From Tubiluchus corallicola (lineage: Eukaryota > Animalia > Priapulida): a stretch of DNA of 64,000 nt. Below the pieces are notes generated by a model. It made no database searches. It saw only the letters and a program-made list of their open reading frames with translations, and was not told where the DNA came from. The translations under genes and the position numbers were made by a program. Shown in pieces: positions 39,463 through 55,590 of this stretch. Position 1 is the stretch's first letter, and every line of letters starts with the position of its first letter. The stretch spans positions 620,001 to 684,000 of the forward strand of contig JAQGDQ010000057.1 in NCBI GenBank assembly GCA_030141605.1, read 5' to 3'.

Positions 39463-42189
39463 GTCTCTACATATAACTAAGCTTCTGGTAATCATCAACT
39501 GTAGCTTTTCTTTTTCTCAACAATACTGATGTACATGGGTACCATAACTACCATTGGCTGATGGAATGCAGTGAATTCTTCTCGTACCTATTTGACAAGA
39601 GTAATACCGCTAACAAAGCACACCTGATGCTCAGGCTTGCCCTTGTCAAATGTCCTAACAAGTACACATGCAGAATGCTAGAGAGTTAAACGTGGGCGAC
39701 AATATTGATGTGGCTTTTTCCCTGTCAAACATAATAACAAATCATTTTGCGTCAAATTCATTATGACCCCTAGCCGTTTTTGAAAGTCACCGATACAGCA
39801 CAGTTAGAGGTTAGTACTAAAATTTAATTCAGATTGTTTTCTTCAAACGTTATTAATAAACCTTGATTGACTGGCTAGTTTAGTTTGCACATTAGTAACG
39901 CCGTGCTTTATGGCCAGGTAAAACTAAAACCATGTTGTATAACAATAATTTTTCCATTGGCATTAGCAAAAAATGACCTTGAGGCTTTTAGCAAAATGAG
40001 CAAGAACAAGTGAACGGCTGGTTAGTAGACATTTTGCTTGGCTAAATGGATAGACATGCGCCTTGAGACCTCTGTACCGAGTATTGACTGACCAACCAAC
40101 AAGCCATGCGGGAACCAGTTTTTAGAATGCGTTAAGACAAAAAGCTGATTTAAAAAACAAAAACGAAAAAAGATGGTCAAAATAAAAACAAGCAAAGAAA
40201 AAATAAAAAAAACAAATAATCGACGAAAAAGAGCAAGCAAACAAAGTATACGAATGAATTAAGCAAGTAAAATTGTAAATGAACGACTAAAGTCCTGCAC
40301 AACAAGAAACCATATAGGTCTACATAAGGCATAATGTATGCAGTGTTCTCAGCCGTTTCGTTGTTTGTACTGTGACATGACTCGCTGACAGTGACAGCTT
40401 GCAACTAATCAGTTTATACCTACCTGTGCAGGTACTAATCGTCCGCACACCAAGGCGCTAATGTAGATTAAATGAAAAACGCCGCGTGACAAGCAGTAAT
40501 AATAAAGAATCGTGTTTAATCCTATCAGGCCAGTCAAAGAATACAGAAAAGAAAGGGGTGCACACATCACTAGGTCTAAATCATGTTACACAAATCGGCA
40601 AGATAAGGTTTTTTCTCAGAAGAAAAGAGTGAGAACGCAATTATACAACGATGCAGCATCTTAGACGAAGTTGATTAGAACAACTTCAACTTCTCACATA
40701 AAATGTTATTCTGTTTTTACCTCAAATGAAAAAAATCTGCTAAGTTAATCAGCCTTTTACAAAAGTTATACAAATTACAATAATTTCCATGTCACACCGT
40801 CACATGGCAGCAGCAATAAAACGTAAGTATACACAAGCGCAACAGGAACACTCACTTATCCCATCATTGTTACCCATTCCACCCCTACAATGATAGATGA
40901 ATACTTTTGTCTGCTACGCGATACTCTCACAGTTTTTATATTATTTCAAGCCAGCTAAAATTTATGTAAACGTTGCAGTAAGAGGAGCAGCTTTCTTCAA
41001 ACGCTAAACACTTATCGCTTTTTTGTAGTAATTTATTTTTGAAAAGTGATCAACAAAAACAAGCTGTTGAGCTTATACCATGATCCATTTAAAGCCTATT
41101 CTTAGCTGCTACTATTGCTCAACGCCAGCTGGTCCTATATGTAACAAATTTAGAATCGGCAACTATTTCAGTTGAATTTCTCCGTAGAGAAAAAACATTA
41201 TACTGAAAGAATATGTAGTTTTTATAAAAAAAAAACATAAGTTAATGTGTCTTGTAGAGTTTTCTGAGTGAAGTAGCTTAATGGCGACAAGCAATTACAA
41301 CAAACATAGATCGCAACCACTTCTTAATATTTTATAGACTTAAATAACGTACCTTATATAACTTATATAAGTGCTATTTAAAAATTGTTAACTTTTTCTA
41401 GAACGTACTCTCAATTTAATTAGACCACAGTATAAAAACACTCACAAACACACTGTAAGTACAGTTCGTGGCAAAGAAAATAACTGTCGTCCATAACAAA
41501 CTCAATACATGCAAATGAAGCTCAAAGAAAAGCGTTGTGCTTTGAAGGGTGAAGTAGAGGTCAGCTTGCAATTCTGTGCAGAAGCACTCTCACTAAGCTC
41601 TACGGTATGACTCAAGGAGAGCTAATGAAACACTAATCATATCTTGTCAGTCATGATTAGTACTGCGCATAATTTAGGGAAGCCAGGGATGTTATGGCAG
41701 TGTAAGCGAGGGAACATATGCCTCGTTTGGGATCTTCCTTACTGTTTTATAAAAATTAACTTCAAATAATTCAAAAATAAACATTTAACGATATTAATAC
41801 TACATACCAAAGCTTTAATTTTACTGTTTCATCTGGTTGACAAAATGGATGAACCCTTAAAAGTTATACCAGACATTACTGCAATACTGGTGCAAAATCA
41901 AAACTGATCGAATGCAATTTTGTAAACTCGTCAAGTCTTAATCTCTGAAATACCTCACTACGTTTGTGACGGGGGCGCATTACTGCTTCTAGCCGTTCAA
42001 ATGCATGAAATGACTGCAACTTTATTGTACTGAAAAGCGACACTGCTTTATAAAATTTATTACATAGAACTCGCAGACGCAGCATGAAGGAATCTGCTGA
42101 GCTCTCACTGTGAACATGGCTTCACTGGTCAAAGCAAAAATAGCTTGCTATCTTTTTATACGGAAAGTTGAGTACAATAATTGACAATA

Positions 42190-43070
42190 GATTCAGAGTG
42201 AATAGGCAAGTGAAGTCAGGTTTCAGTCGAGTTTGTATATAGGTAACAGAGAGAGGAAAGCCAGATTTTGAAATCAGTTCCCGTGACTTCTAGGTAATTT
42301 GGGAATGAAGCCACGTTTCAAAGCTAAATTTTGAGTGCAGGTAATTGGACAGTAAATCTGAAGTTTGGAACATAAGATGCGCCGTTTACAATTTGGGAGG
42401 GAAGCAGTGATTTTGGTCAAATTTCATGTGCAGATAACTGGAGAATAAAACCAGGTTTGAAGCTATTCTACGTTTTCAGTACACGTAATAGACAAATAAA
42501 AATAAAACTTTTGCAGACAGGTAAATAGAAAATAGAGCTAGGTTACGAAGCCAAGATCTGCTTTAATGAGGAACAAAAGAAAGTTGTTTGTGTGTACTTA
42601 ATTAGAAATTAAAATCAGGTTTCTTGAAGACAATTTTCTCACTCGAAGCTAACCTTATATGTATATAAGAGGAAAGAGGAAATCACGTTTCCAAACTAAG
42701 TTTTTTGTGCAAATCGGTGGCAAATAAACTCAAACGCAAATGCCTCTTCGTTGCCAGATAATTAAAAATTCAAGCTTCTTCTAAGCTTTTGTGTTTAGAT
42801 AATCTGGGAATAGATAGTATTTGGACTTCAGCTAAATTTGGTGTGCGTGTAAGTGCTAAACAAAGCTAGTTTTTGAATTTGAAGCTAATTCTCTGCATTG
42901 ACGGGTGGTTAGAGAATAAAGTCATATTTTTATAGCCAAGATTTATATGCAGATGACTGGGACTAAAGCCAATTTCTAAAATCATGTTTTCTGTACAAGT
43001 ATTTGAAGATAAAGCCAGATTTTGAAGCAAGTAAAAAAGCAAATGAAAAGTGGGTGAAACCTGATTTTTA
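42190..43070. repeat. Old, highly diverged ~45-50-bp minisatellite
   Basis: Recurring pattern ~GTGCAGGTAATTGGAGAATAAAGCCAGATTTTGAAGCTAAATTT at roughly regular spacing. Confidence 0.7.
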
Positions 43071-45325
43071 AGTTTATTTTTTTTTTGGAAAGTGCTACAA
43101 CAGAATAGTCAAATATGTCACTGCTACTATAGCAAAAGCGAGGGCATTGTTTTCATCATTTTGACGTAGAAATACTGTGTTCACAGCAAAGACAAATGGA
43201 TACAGCGATGAAATACAAAATCATCATACATGTATATACTTTTAGGAAGTACTGAAAAGACTTATTCAGAAATTCATTGCCCAGTATTTAAAAGACAGTC
43301 ATCTGCCCACCTCCCAAGGTTTATAATGGGCCTGAATGAACACAGTTTCAATTAAACACCAACAATACAAACATTTGAAGTGCGATCCCAACACACGCCC
43401 CATAAACACAGCCCTAGCCAACAAAGTCAGCGTGAAACATTTACATTTAAAATCACGAATTCGGTGGGAAGAGAGAAAACATTCAACAGTATCGCTACAT
43501 GAATAGGAAGAAGATGCTATCTGAACTGCATATACAAACACAGTGAAACACTTGGGCAAAGATGAAACAATATTTATGTTGCGCAACCCAAAGCCAATAG
43601 GGAAAATATTTCAGATTAGTTTCAGCTGATCGATAATTGAGCTCCCGTGGTAGACATGCACACTTGAAATTACGCTGCAACCATATAATCAAGTAGAAAG
43701 TCGATCAAGACAGGATAAACAAAACAAAATCACAAAAAACAAACAAGCAGTGAAGTCAAGCAAACAGCAGTTGCAGAAATAAAATGTACGTGAAAACAAT
43801 AACGAAAGCAAAATTCACAAAAGAAGAACATTCAAGAGCTTTACAACTCACGCAACCAATTTCTACATAAACGCGTTCATATTTAATAATTCAAGCAACA
43901 TTCATTTACGAATTTCATAAAAAACGCAAATTTCGTATTATATAATACAGCGAAGAAATAAAAATTCAGAGAAGTCTTTGAAATAAATGGCGAATAGACA
44001 GAGAAAAAAGTTCAAAGTTTTTTTCAGAACTATTCAGAGCGATGGATTATAAAAGTAAATCCTCAAGGTCCTGCGTCAATGTTAACCTGTCTGTCATTAA
44101 ACTTTTCTATGTAAGGGTACCTATACATCATTATGTTTCAGAGACGAGAAAAACTTATATGTCATCAAATCTGAGAGTAATACCACAAATAATGCCAACA
44201 AATAAGCATTGCCTAGCAGGATTAATGTAGAAAAGAGTCATTTCGAAAGTTATCTGGCTCAGGTTACTATGGAAACCACTTAAATTTGTAAATATGGACC
44301 ATTGCGAAGAATGCAAATATCACATACTTCCTGCACTTTACCACAATCAGAAGGGCTGATCCATGATAGGCGGACATTCTGGTTAGTCAGTAATAGTAAC
44401 GCATTATTTTCCGTAAATAATAATCAATACTGTACAAAAGATTCCCAAGCAAACAAAGCAAACTCTGGTCATTCTCAATTGTTTAAACATTTCTGTTCTT
44501 GTTAAAGATATGTCCCCTATTAGTACACTGACAGGCCACCACTTTAACTTGGCAGAACAAGACGAGTCAATATGAAACTAAAGTTTGATGAGACGGAAAC
44601 CCCTCCCGGGCTGCCTGCACGCAATCGATGAATTCTTTAAACAAAAATAAAGTATTGCCAAATAAAGTATTTCCTAATCGAAATTCTTCAATTATTCACG
44701 TGTTCAGTAGTTCGTCTGCAACCAAGATGTATTGGGAATTTAAATTTCTTGAGTAATACTTGGCAGGGCAATCCAGCCCGGTGTTACTAGATGACTAAAA
44801 GCTGAGAAAACTGGCAAATACATTTCACTGTGAACAAAGACAGAATCTCGCATATTAAATACTCTGCCGCAATCAAGTTCTAACGCATCTTTACAAAGGC
44901 AGATTTTGACCTACCCTCTAATGTTAGTAAGGGGCATGGTTGAATGCAAATATACCTGTATAAAACAGAACGCATGTGCTGATTTGATGATTCCGACCTG
45001 GCATTTCTGTCTATAAAGATGAATATCGTAGACTTGCTAACAAAAGTCTGTTCGCATGTTCTTGTTTTGAAAATTTTGAGCTGCTGGCTATGCAATTAAA
45101 GCAAAACTGGATCCAATCTTAAACTGTACGTCAAACCAATCAACTCTTCTATATATTGAAAGTAAATATACTAGTTTTCTAGTTTTTGTTTCAAAAATAA
45201 CGTGAAAAAATTATTACCACACAAACACAATTTTGCGTTCGCGCCACTAGTTCTTCGCTGTTACATGCATTTCGCAATTCGCTAGTTAGACAGGCACTAA
45301 CACCTGCATTTCGGAAGTTTACGTA

Positions 45326-45735
45326 TTGCACAAAAACAGGTGCTGTACCTCTCAGTTCAGACGTGTTAGTTTGTGACGAACTACACACGTTTGACAGCTC
45401 ATGCGTGAGCACAGTGGTAAATTTCAAATTTGAATTTATATCTAAAAACTTGCCTAGTTCTAGTACAATACACTGAATATCTTACTGTACCATAATTTTC
45501 CATTTTCGCTTTCGCAAACACGTGCAACACGCTCGTGGAATATTTTTGCTGTTGAAAATTATGTTAGTTTGTGATGTCATCAATAGCTGGGCTTGCCCGC
45601 CTTTAATTAAGTTTTTAATCTATTATTTAATAATCAGAAACGCATTTGCAGTTGTAATTTTGTTAAAATGTAGACTTTTTATCGCCCTTGAAAATGGGTA
45701 GTATATCAAAAATCATCCTGTCTTCCTTTAACTTT
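45326..45735 (+). repeat. Dispersed repeat, copy B (related to 29426-29790)
   Basis: Exact 30-mer at 45508-45537 equals 29571-29600; flanks alignable by eye. Confidence 0.85.
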
Positions 45736-48700
45736 ATTTTATACTCGTACTTTGGATCTTTTCACTTTTCTAGTCAGCTGTGATATTTCACCACTTGCAT
45801 GACGTTCTATACATCCGGAGAGGGATCCACGCTGAACCCAAGATTTACCATTATTGAGACACATTTAAATACCCTTAAGAGATTCTGTGAACTGATATAT
45901 GCAGTATTCTGCCTAGATTGCACAAAAGCAAACTGATACACCAAAGTGCTTTCTAAGGTCTGAACTGATTAAATTTACATTGAACTCACTCATAACTAGA
46001 TGACCTTTAAGTCTTCTGCCATCTAGTTCTCCCTTATCGTTGTCAATTAGGTATTTATGTATCACGACACACAAGTTTGTTATCCTGATTGTGATTCGGT
46101 CAGTACCGAGAACACCCCTCCTCTAACCACAACCACTAGTCCACCACCATCACTATTACCAGCGTCATCACCACCACGTCTGCTCCACTCGCGCCACTAG
46201 CATATCAGCGTCGTTGCCATTAATAAATGCAAAAACAATAGCCCAAGTAAAAGCTAACACCCACCAGCAAAGAGGTAACATTTATTTGCCTTACATTATA
46301 GCACTCTTGACATTAAACCACTGTATTAAGCCAAGAGTATGTACGTAATGTCGTCTCTATCTCTGAAGCTGTTCTGTACTGGTCCTGAGAAACATCATAA
46401 ATTGCACAAAAGTAATTTGGTTTGTTTCGAGTTAGTTATTTTCGCTAAATATGTTCAAAATTGTTAAATTTGTTGAAATGTGCTATTGTTCCATATTGTA
46501 CCATTACACAGTTTACTATTTCTCCATTACACGTATAAGTAAACGTCTCATTTTGTTTTGTTTATTCATAATATCAGTGTTTTACTAAAACATGATTTTT
46601 TTCTTGGCTTCTTAATGTGACTTAACATAGTGTAATTTGGTAGTTATACTTGCAGGTTTCAAACCATGTTCCTATGAACATGGTATTAGTGTGAATGTTC
46701 AAATGTCAAGCAAATAAAAACGTTTTGTGCAATGGTGCTGTTTTTTACTTTTCTAATAGCCCAGTCTCAGGGAAAATAACTGCAGAACAGATATTTACTG
46801 AAACTACGGGCTATAAAAAGATTCTAAATTGCCTGTACGAACAATATAATGTTATCCTGCATATTTGATATTTTTAAAGATACTCAGTGTCTTTGTTCCA
46901 TGTGAATAACTCATCGAGGCCAATGAAACAGTGTTGTCTCACTGCTCGTTTGAATTGAAAATTGAACGAATTTCTTTCAATTGATACGGACTCGTTGTTC
47001 AACTTCAGATTTATCTAAAACCGCAGACACAATTGCTTCCGAACAAAAAAGTTGGCAAATATTGATAATTCGTTCAATTTTTTTCTAAAGCGGAGGCGGC
47101 AGCAGAATTGGAAAGAAACTTTAGACGTACACTTGTTGAAATGTGTAACGTAATCCTGTTTTATCTACGAAGCCTGTCAAGCTGAGTATGCTAATGTGTC
47201 ACAATGCTTAACGAGTCACTGACGTTGGGTAACGATTCTAATGAATAAATCAAGAGTCTGCACAACCACATAGACTGGCACCTAATGGCTTCACCATTCA
47301 GCACAGACAACAATTCTTATCCAATATCCACAATTGTTTATCTATACATATTATTACCAAAATAAATCTTTAATGCTACAAAGTTTCTATCACATCACAT
47401 ATAATAATACTCAAAATTACTTCAATGGCTAGAAAAATATCCAACTACTTTTCCATAAAAAGAGAATACACAAAAGACCACTCTTAAGTGGTCTCTGTGG
47501 TATTTATCGCTTCGTTCAAGGACATACTACGGTTACGGAACGAAAAAAAAGACCTTTTTCCTCGGCACATTTTTTCTGTTGCCCAGCTGACTTCTGAACA
47601 CCATCTGTAGTGGCTATAAACATTGGTATAAGGTAGCACAGAAACGGATAAACTTACAAATGTGTATGGGTACGCATATACCAGTCAGGCCCCGGCCTGA
47701 TGTGGAATGCACGGCCCGGCGCAAAGATGGTCCAAGCAAGGGCGTCTTACTTTTGGAAGACTACCTTACCTCCCAAAATTCTTCTAGAAGTAATCGAGGT
47801 ATTACCGGTGATGGAACTTATCCTTGTTTCACTAGCATGCGAAACAAACAAGGGATAGCACAATTCCTACATTCTATCGTTTCTAATCTTGTAGTAACTT
47901 AGTAGAAAAGTATCAAATAAATAATTAACTCTATGGCAACTATTATATGGAAAACTGTCATTTTAGCAACAAACGATTATCTAATTAAGACATCAAGATA
48001 CACATGCATGTATTATAACACGAAAGAGATCCCAAAAGTGTAACTACATGCACAAGTTGGTTTACTTTTTAAAACTTAGGAAGTTTTATAAAATAGAGCT
48101 GACTAAGAAAAGTACAAATCATTACAACATATGACGATTTGTACGATTTACTGTATCATCCATGAATTCCAAGCATGTATCCGTACCGGATTCCAGACGG
48201 CCAGATGTCGGGGCGCATTTTACCAGTTTAATAAATTGTAAACAAACAAAGCGAAAATGTTTTCGGCGTACAGAGCACGCGTCAGATTGCACTCTGACAA
48301 CAGATGCATTTCATCTGCACAGTTTTTAAGTTTAACAGCCGATGCAATGGTAGATCCAGGAGTAGGGGTAGCCGTGTTATTAAAATCAAAGAAAAAGCGC
48401 GGTTTCTCAAATATTGTCAGAATTAATAAACTATCGTACTGTCACTGAGTCGTGGATTCGCCACAGAAATAATTATATGGGTCAAGAGGATCAGTTGCAA
48501 CCTCCTACAAGCAACAAAATGTTTGGCTTCACGAGTGATTGCATACCCTAGCAGTCAGGGTCACGATAGAAATGGTCACTGGTGACATTGTGGTCGACGT
48601 ACACACAAAAAGTCAAAAAGTCGCTAAAGAGAGCTGAAACCACGCGTGGTGTTTTACCTGTAAATTATCGATTAACGTAATTCGGCTCCCATATAAATGA

Positions 48701-51700
48701 TTTAAGAAGTTTCTTGATCCGAAAACAATAAAATTATCGGGAAATTTTCTTATTGCGTAATCAATTAATAAAATATTTGAATGCCTTTTTTGCGTGCGTT
48801 TCGCTTCTGTAACAACTATCTCTTTTTGAAAAAAAAAACAAAGAAACACTGACGCTTCAGGAACCAGCGAAACTCATTATATTAGTAAAGCAGTTACTAG
48901 CTGTTTGATTCATTCAGCAAGAGCAGCTGACGTAAGTACTTCAAAGCAAAGGGCACTCGAGAAAAACCCTAATATTGTGAAGTCATGTTTACCAACACAA
49001 AGAACAGCCATTAACTAACCCACCCAACTGTCGTCAAGTACTTAGAACGGTTGAGTGGTCAGTGCATTCGCCCAATGATTCCATCACCCTGGGGGATCTC
49101 ATCAAACTGACCACAATCAAACTTGAATGGTCTTTATATTGACCAACCGAAAACCGGTGAAGTGGTTTCTACTAAGTGAACGAAGTTGACTGTCTTCTAG
49201 TGCATCATGCGAGGTAATTAATTGTAAAAATAGTAAACGGGCTTCCACTATGTACAGTACACGGGTTAGAGCACAGACTGTGAATATATAAGTAATTTTA
49301 TTTTTTTATTGTAATTCCTTATTTTTATAAAAGCTATGTACAATACATGTACTTATAAATATTTATGTTTAATATTTACAATAAGTAAAGGAAGTAACTG
49401 AGTAACTGCGAATATACTACCTGGTTTCTATTGAAAACAAATAAATCAATCTCTCATACGCCATGTAAATATAGTAAACTGTATCTATTATGTTATATCT
49501 ACGTAGTAAATCTGCTTTCAATACCTTTAATAAGTCACGTTCTTTTTGAGACAGATTCACGCACAGAAGTAAAAAACTAGTTGAGCTTAAAAATGAGAGT
49601 TCATTTGGACACATTAGAAAGTAGAAGCACGCTTTCATGAACATAAAATGCCACGTTAGAAATCATGCGATTCAGCAACATACCTTTGAACTGGTCATGA
49701 CTATCAGTAGCTGAGGTTTGCCGCATTATGTCCATTAGATGCTGTTCTAAACCTGTGAATCGCATTGTGTCCAAACCCGTGCCTGCATTTGCATTCGGCC
49801 TGTCCTATAACAAATACAAAAAATTGGTTAAAATAGCGTTCAGGTGAACGTTTGTACTAGCAGATAGCTGAAAAAAGTAATACTACCTAAACAACGCCCA
49901 ACAGAAAAATTTATTAAAATTTACTGCACTCGCCTTTGTTCGGCACTAATCACAAAACGGGCATTCTAGCGTAATCAAAAAGGTGTATAGACCATAAAAT
50001 CGGTATACAGATCGTAAAACAGTCCAGTTATCAAGCACATAAAATTCTCTTCTTTCTTCTCTCATTAGAAACATTTACTTAATCACAAATGCAAATGAAG
50101 CAGTAATATTGATATTGAATTATACAACAAAAACGCTTAATATTTCGACATGAATCTGGCCGTTATTATTTCTTCGCCAGAAGCTGGATAAGGCCTTGCT
50201 GGATTAATTACTTCATTTAAAGATAATGAAACAATTTACTCAAAAACACAAAGTGTAGAGCTACGAATCAAAGATTGAGAAGCATTCAACATGTTAAGAT
50301 ATCAACTGTTGCCAGTTCCTTTTCCAAGCTAGAACCGCCTTCTTGGATGACGGTAACAAAGTCAAAAAGTTGGTTTGTAGATCAAGTCATTTTTGCAAGG
50401 CGAAGCCAATGTCATTCTATTAATAGTTTCTAACCATTCAACACTGACAAATCTGCTTTTTAGACTTAACTCTGCAAAATCGAAGCGAGCGCACACTACA
50501 TAAAGACGCCAACAAAGACTGTCAACTTGTCAAGTATTTTTAGTCAACATTTAAACAACGAAGTTTCTTTTGCCCAAACGTATAAATTACATTGACCTTG
50601 ACCATCAAAACGCAGTCTCAGTTTCAAAATTTGCTGACATTCTGTGAAACTCAAGGTCTCAGCCGCCCAGCGGCTTTTTTGCATTACCATGCCTATGTAA
50701 ACTGTGCAGTGGCAATATTTATCAAATGCAAATTATGACACTGTGATTAAAATCTTCAAAATTTTCGGAAGCCATTGTCTGTTTAATTGCATTTTGCCAA
50801 CGACAGATAAGTGTCAACGGACGACATTAATTACTTGGCGCATTCAGAAACCAACATTTCCAGAAAAATTAGCATCCAGGACGCAGAGGCTAGTCTAGGT
50901 TAAAAGACTAATTGACTATTACAAACACATGGACTCGTGCACTGACGACTCTAAGAAATTCAAACACCAGGCTAAACGTGCATTCAATCCATTAGACCCT
51001 GGGGCATCACCTCGAAAACAAAAGGCCTTCCTGCACAGTCTGAACTCAACATTTGAAAACTGAAAATCTTTAAGCAACAAATGTCGAAAACTTTGAGTGT
51101 CACTCGAGTCATAAAATAAGATTTGCTAAACTGTATGTAACAAGTGTTGAGCTCAGTAACAGTTTGTCGAATGTGTAACTATGTATAGTAGTAAAGAGAA
51201 ACAGCAAAAGGCGTGTATTTACTAATTTATTAAATTTTGTACACAAATGAACCCATCACGTTATTAAGCCTGTACAACTAAAGCTACCAAAGACTTTCCA
51301 TTTCATTCGCGTAATTTATGGTCGACGTTTTACGTTGATTTATCCCCAAGCGTCTTTAGAAGTTCTCTGGCTACAGAATCAAAAGCACTAATGTTTAAAT
51401 GTTGCAGACTTTCAGGCGTCATGGTTCTAGGAATCTGTGTCTGTCAAGACTGTACGTTTTACTTGAGACTTCGTTGTTACAGTTGCCATTTGGTGAGATC
51501 TAGAACGCACGGTGTCACATGATGAACTACTGTGGCGTGCAGATATAAATAATAAAGATAAATTTCACTCAAACTAATGGAGCTCGAACAGAGTGAAACG
51601 CTTCCCAATCACATCTTTTTATAAAAAAATGACAGAACGAGTAAACCGTTATTATCCATAAATATCCATGTATGGACTATCAAGCACTATTTTGTAATAT

Positions 51701-52278
51701 GCATACATATTATAAAATCACACTGATATACACCAGCTATAGACTCTTAATTGTATCGCTTCATTTTGCAGCTGTCAGGAATAGTTTCATATTATTATAG
51801 AGTAAATATTTCCATGAAGCCTTCAAGGATAAAATGTATCCTTCATTTTACACATTTACACGTGAAGGGTAAACAACTAAATCTCATGACATGAAATCTC
51901 CTATTTTACTGTACAGCGTGCTGGGATTTTAAACAATACAGTGTGCTAGACAAATAAATTTCACAGTTGCAAGAGTTTTGGACATCTGACACAGCAGTTT
52001 CTGACACAGCGGTTTTTGACATCATGAAACCCAGGACGAATGTGTCCGGTTGCTACTACGTGCATAGAAGCGCCAGTGAACTTAGCATGTCGAAACATTT
52101 CATTCTCACTTCAAAGAGGGCAGCCATCCCAAGCGTGCCACATTTATTGGTTTCCCGTTAAAAGCTATTTGAGAATTTCAAATTCTGGCAAATTGTAGCG
52201 CCATGATTGCCATGAATGTGCTGAACAGAGTCGTGCTGGTGACCAGCCGCTTCCAATTATTGATAATCTGAAGTATTG

Positions 52279-53244
<966 letters not shown>

Positions 53245-55071
53245 CTCTTTCCCTCTCCCTCCCTTTGTTACTTTACTATTGATACAGGGCACAACTATCA
53301 AGGTGATATGTTTATGTATAAGAGTTATTGCCAGTTACTATATTGACCTTGTGCATACTACAAGGCTGACGAACTGGTTATCTGAAGCTTTTCTGCTGAA
53401 TTCATCAGCAACCACCTAACTCGGATAGGGTTAAACAGGAAGCCAAACAAACCAGGCCGACTAAAATATGGGACAGAATGCGGAACTGGAATAATAACAG
53501 AAGTGCTAGTGCCTGTGGAGAAGTTAGACGCTATTACGCCCTTAAGAATTAAAAAAGGCAATATTCTTTGCTTACTGGCGTATTGTGTTCATTGGCGCAA
53601 CAAGATGGATGAAAAAACGATAATGAAATAAACAAGTCACTTTTTCGTATTTATTTTGCAATGGATTAGAAACGCCATTCTTATATAATAAATATACACC
53701 TCACCGTGTAATTAAGGATTTCACGACGTTGCAGTACAGAGAGGTTGCCATATTTGCAATTCTTGCACTTCACCGTAAAGAAATTTTATTATCATTTAAG
53801 TCGCTAAAATCGGTTAGGAAAGGCTATTAAAGTTGCTTGGTAGAAAACAGTAACAGACCTGGAGACAGTCTGGCATGTCGGACGGAGACTCCTGGCTAGG
53901 TCACGTGATCTAAACATGTCGTCTTGCTATCAGCGAAATTAATGCTCAGGGACTATTGGTAAGAATTCGTGTAACTTTTAATATCAAGAAAGATTGCCTG
54001 TTAGTGTAAGATTAACTAGTGGAGTCAATCAGTATATTATCGGTACGATATTTATTTAAATTCGATAACTCATGCTAGCTACTGAAACTAAATAAAGATC
54101 TCCTCTTATCTTAGCAGTACATTCTATTGTGAATGTATCAGTCTAATTTTTCTCTAAATTTAATCATTTGCGACTGTGTTATCTGTGTACTGCCTACGAA
54201 AATTGCAAAAAACCTTACATGAATGGACAAACCTTTTAAATATTTTTAAATTTTTTACGATGAATTCATTCAATCTATTACTTCGATCGTCAGTCACCTG
54301 CCAAGCTAGTATATTCGTAAATCCACATTCTTGGTTAACTTAGCATATCCTAGTATAAAAAACTCCAGTTTACATCATCCATATAAATTCTTTACTTTGC
54401 AAAAAGACACATTCTGCAACTAGCAGCTTTCTTTGTTTGCTTCTGCCTTAAAGACAATTTCTCATTAAACAACTATAAGTTAAGTAATAAACTTCAACTA
54501 TAAAGAAACGACGTACGCTATCACGTGTCGAATATAACTCCTCCTCATGTTTCAGCATGTAATATAAAATCTGGTATGCTTCTGTTGTTACAGCTCGTCC
54601 ACATTGTTTGTTATTTTGAGAGTAACAAGACGCATGCATTCTTACGAGCTAGAGGAATACATGCAGGAAAAGAAACCACACTGAAGCCATAGTTAGCTCA
54701 CAGAAACTAGGTCAAAATTTTGAGATTGTCGAGGAGACCCTGGTGAATTTCTCTGTTTCTCATCATTAATAACCAGTCGCTTCTAGCACAAACAGATTTG
54801 TTATATCGCAGTGAATAGAAGTACAGCGACTTGTTAGCAATAACAAAAGCATTAATTTTTAAACATAATTCAAATATGCAAGCTTTTCTAAATATAGGAG
54901 CATATACATATACTATGGTAATGAAATAATTACTGAGAGAAACGTTCAGGCGTTAAATGTTTGCATAAATTGACAGATGTCAATGTTGACAGATTCTTAT
55001 CTAAGAAATAAAATTTTTAAACAAGAAACTCTTTTATGAAGCAATACAAACATATATTCTAGATAAGATTT

Positions 55072-55590
55072 TTAGATTAGATTAGATTACATTCAAATAG
55101 TTAATCCTATTATTTATTATAGTATCCGTACATGCACTAAAATTAACAGTAAAATGTGTACAATAATAAATTAAAATTTAAAATAGATACCGATAAAATG
55201 GATACGCTACACAAAGAGTAAAATTGCTACCTACAAAAGTGTCTACAAAAGTACAAATTTGTTAAAAAGTCCATATTCAATAATCTTTGACTAAATAATT
55301 ATTTATCTGAGGCGGCATTTACCAGTGAATTGAGTGAAGACCCATTTATATGTTCAAAAAGAGAATTCCAGTACTTGACAGCTCTCTATTAACAAGCGAC
55401 GATACAGATCGACTTACACAAAGTTCGAGGCAATAATCCCTAGAAATTCTAGGAGAATGGGTAAAAAAATCATTTCTATCTAAATCCAGACGAGTAATAT
55501 TGTAGTACACTTTAGATCATAATGAATTCTTCTCTCCTCTAATGACAACACATTCAAAGCTATAATGTTATAGTGTAAGATACGGAAGTA
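55072..55590 (-). mobile_element. CR1/L2-group LINE extreme 3' end with a short tandem tail, decayed
   Basis: Minus strand reads LNVLSLEERRIHYDL...YYNITRLDLDRNDFF...AVKYWNSL across frameshifts, then an AT-rich 3' region with AATAAA and a (TCTAA)n tail. Confidence 0.7.

Noticed and set aside
49050-49100. Additional SINE heads (A-box-like strings here and near 21918)
   Set aside because: No recognisable B box; too degenerate to support.
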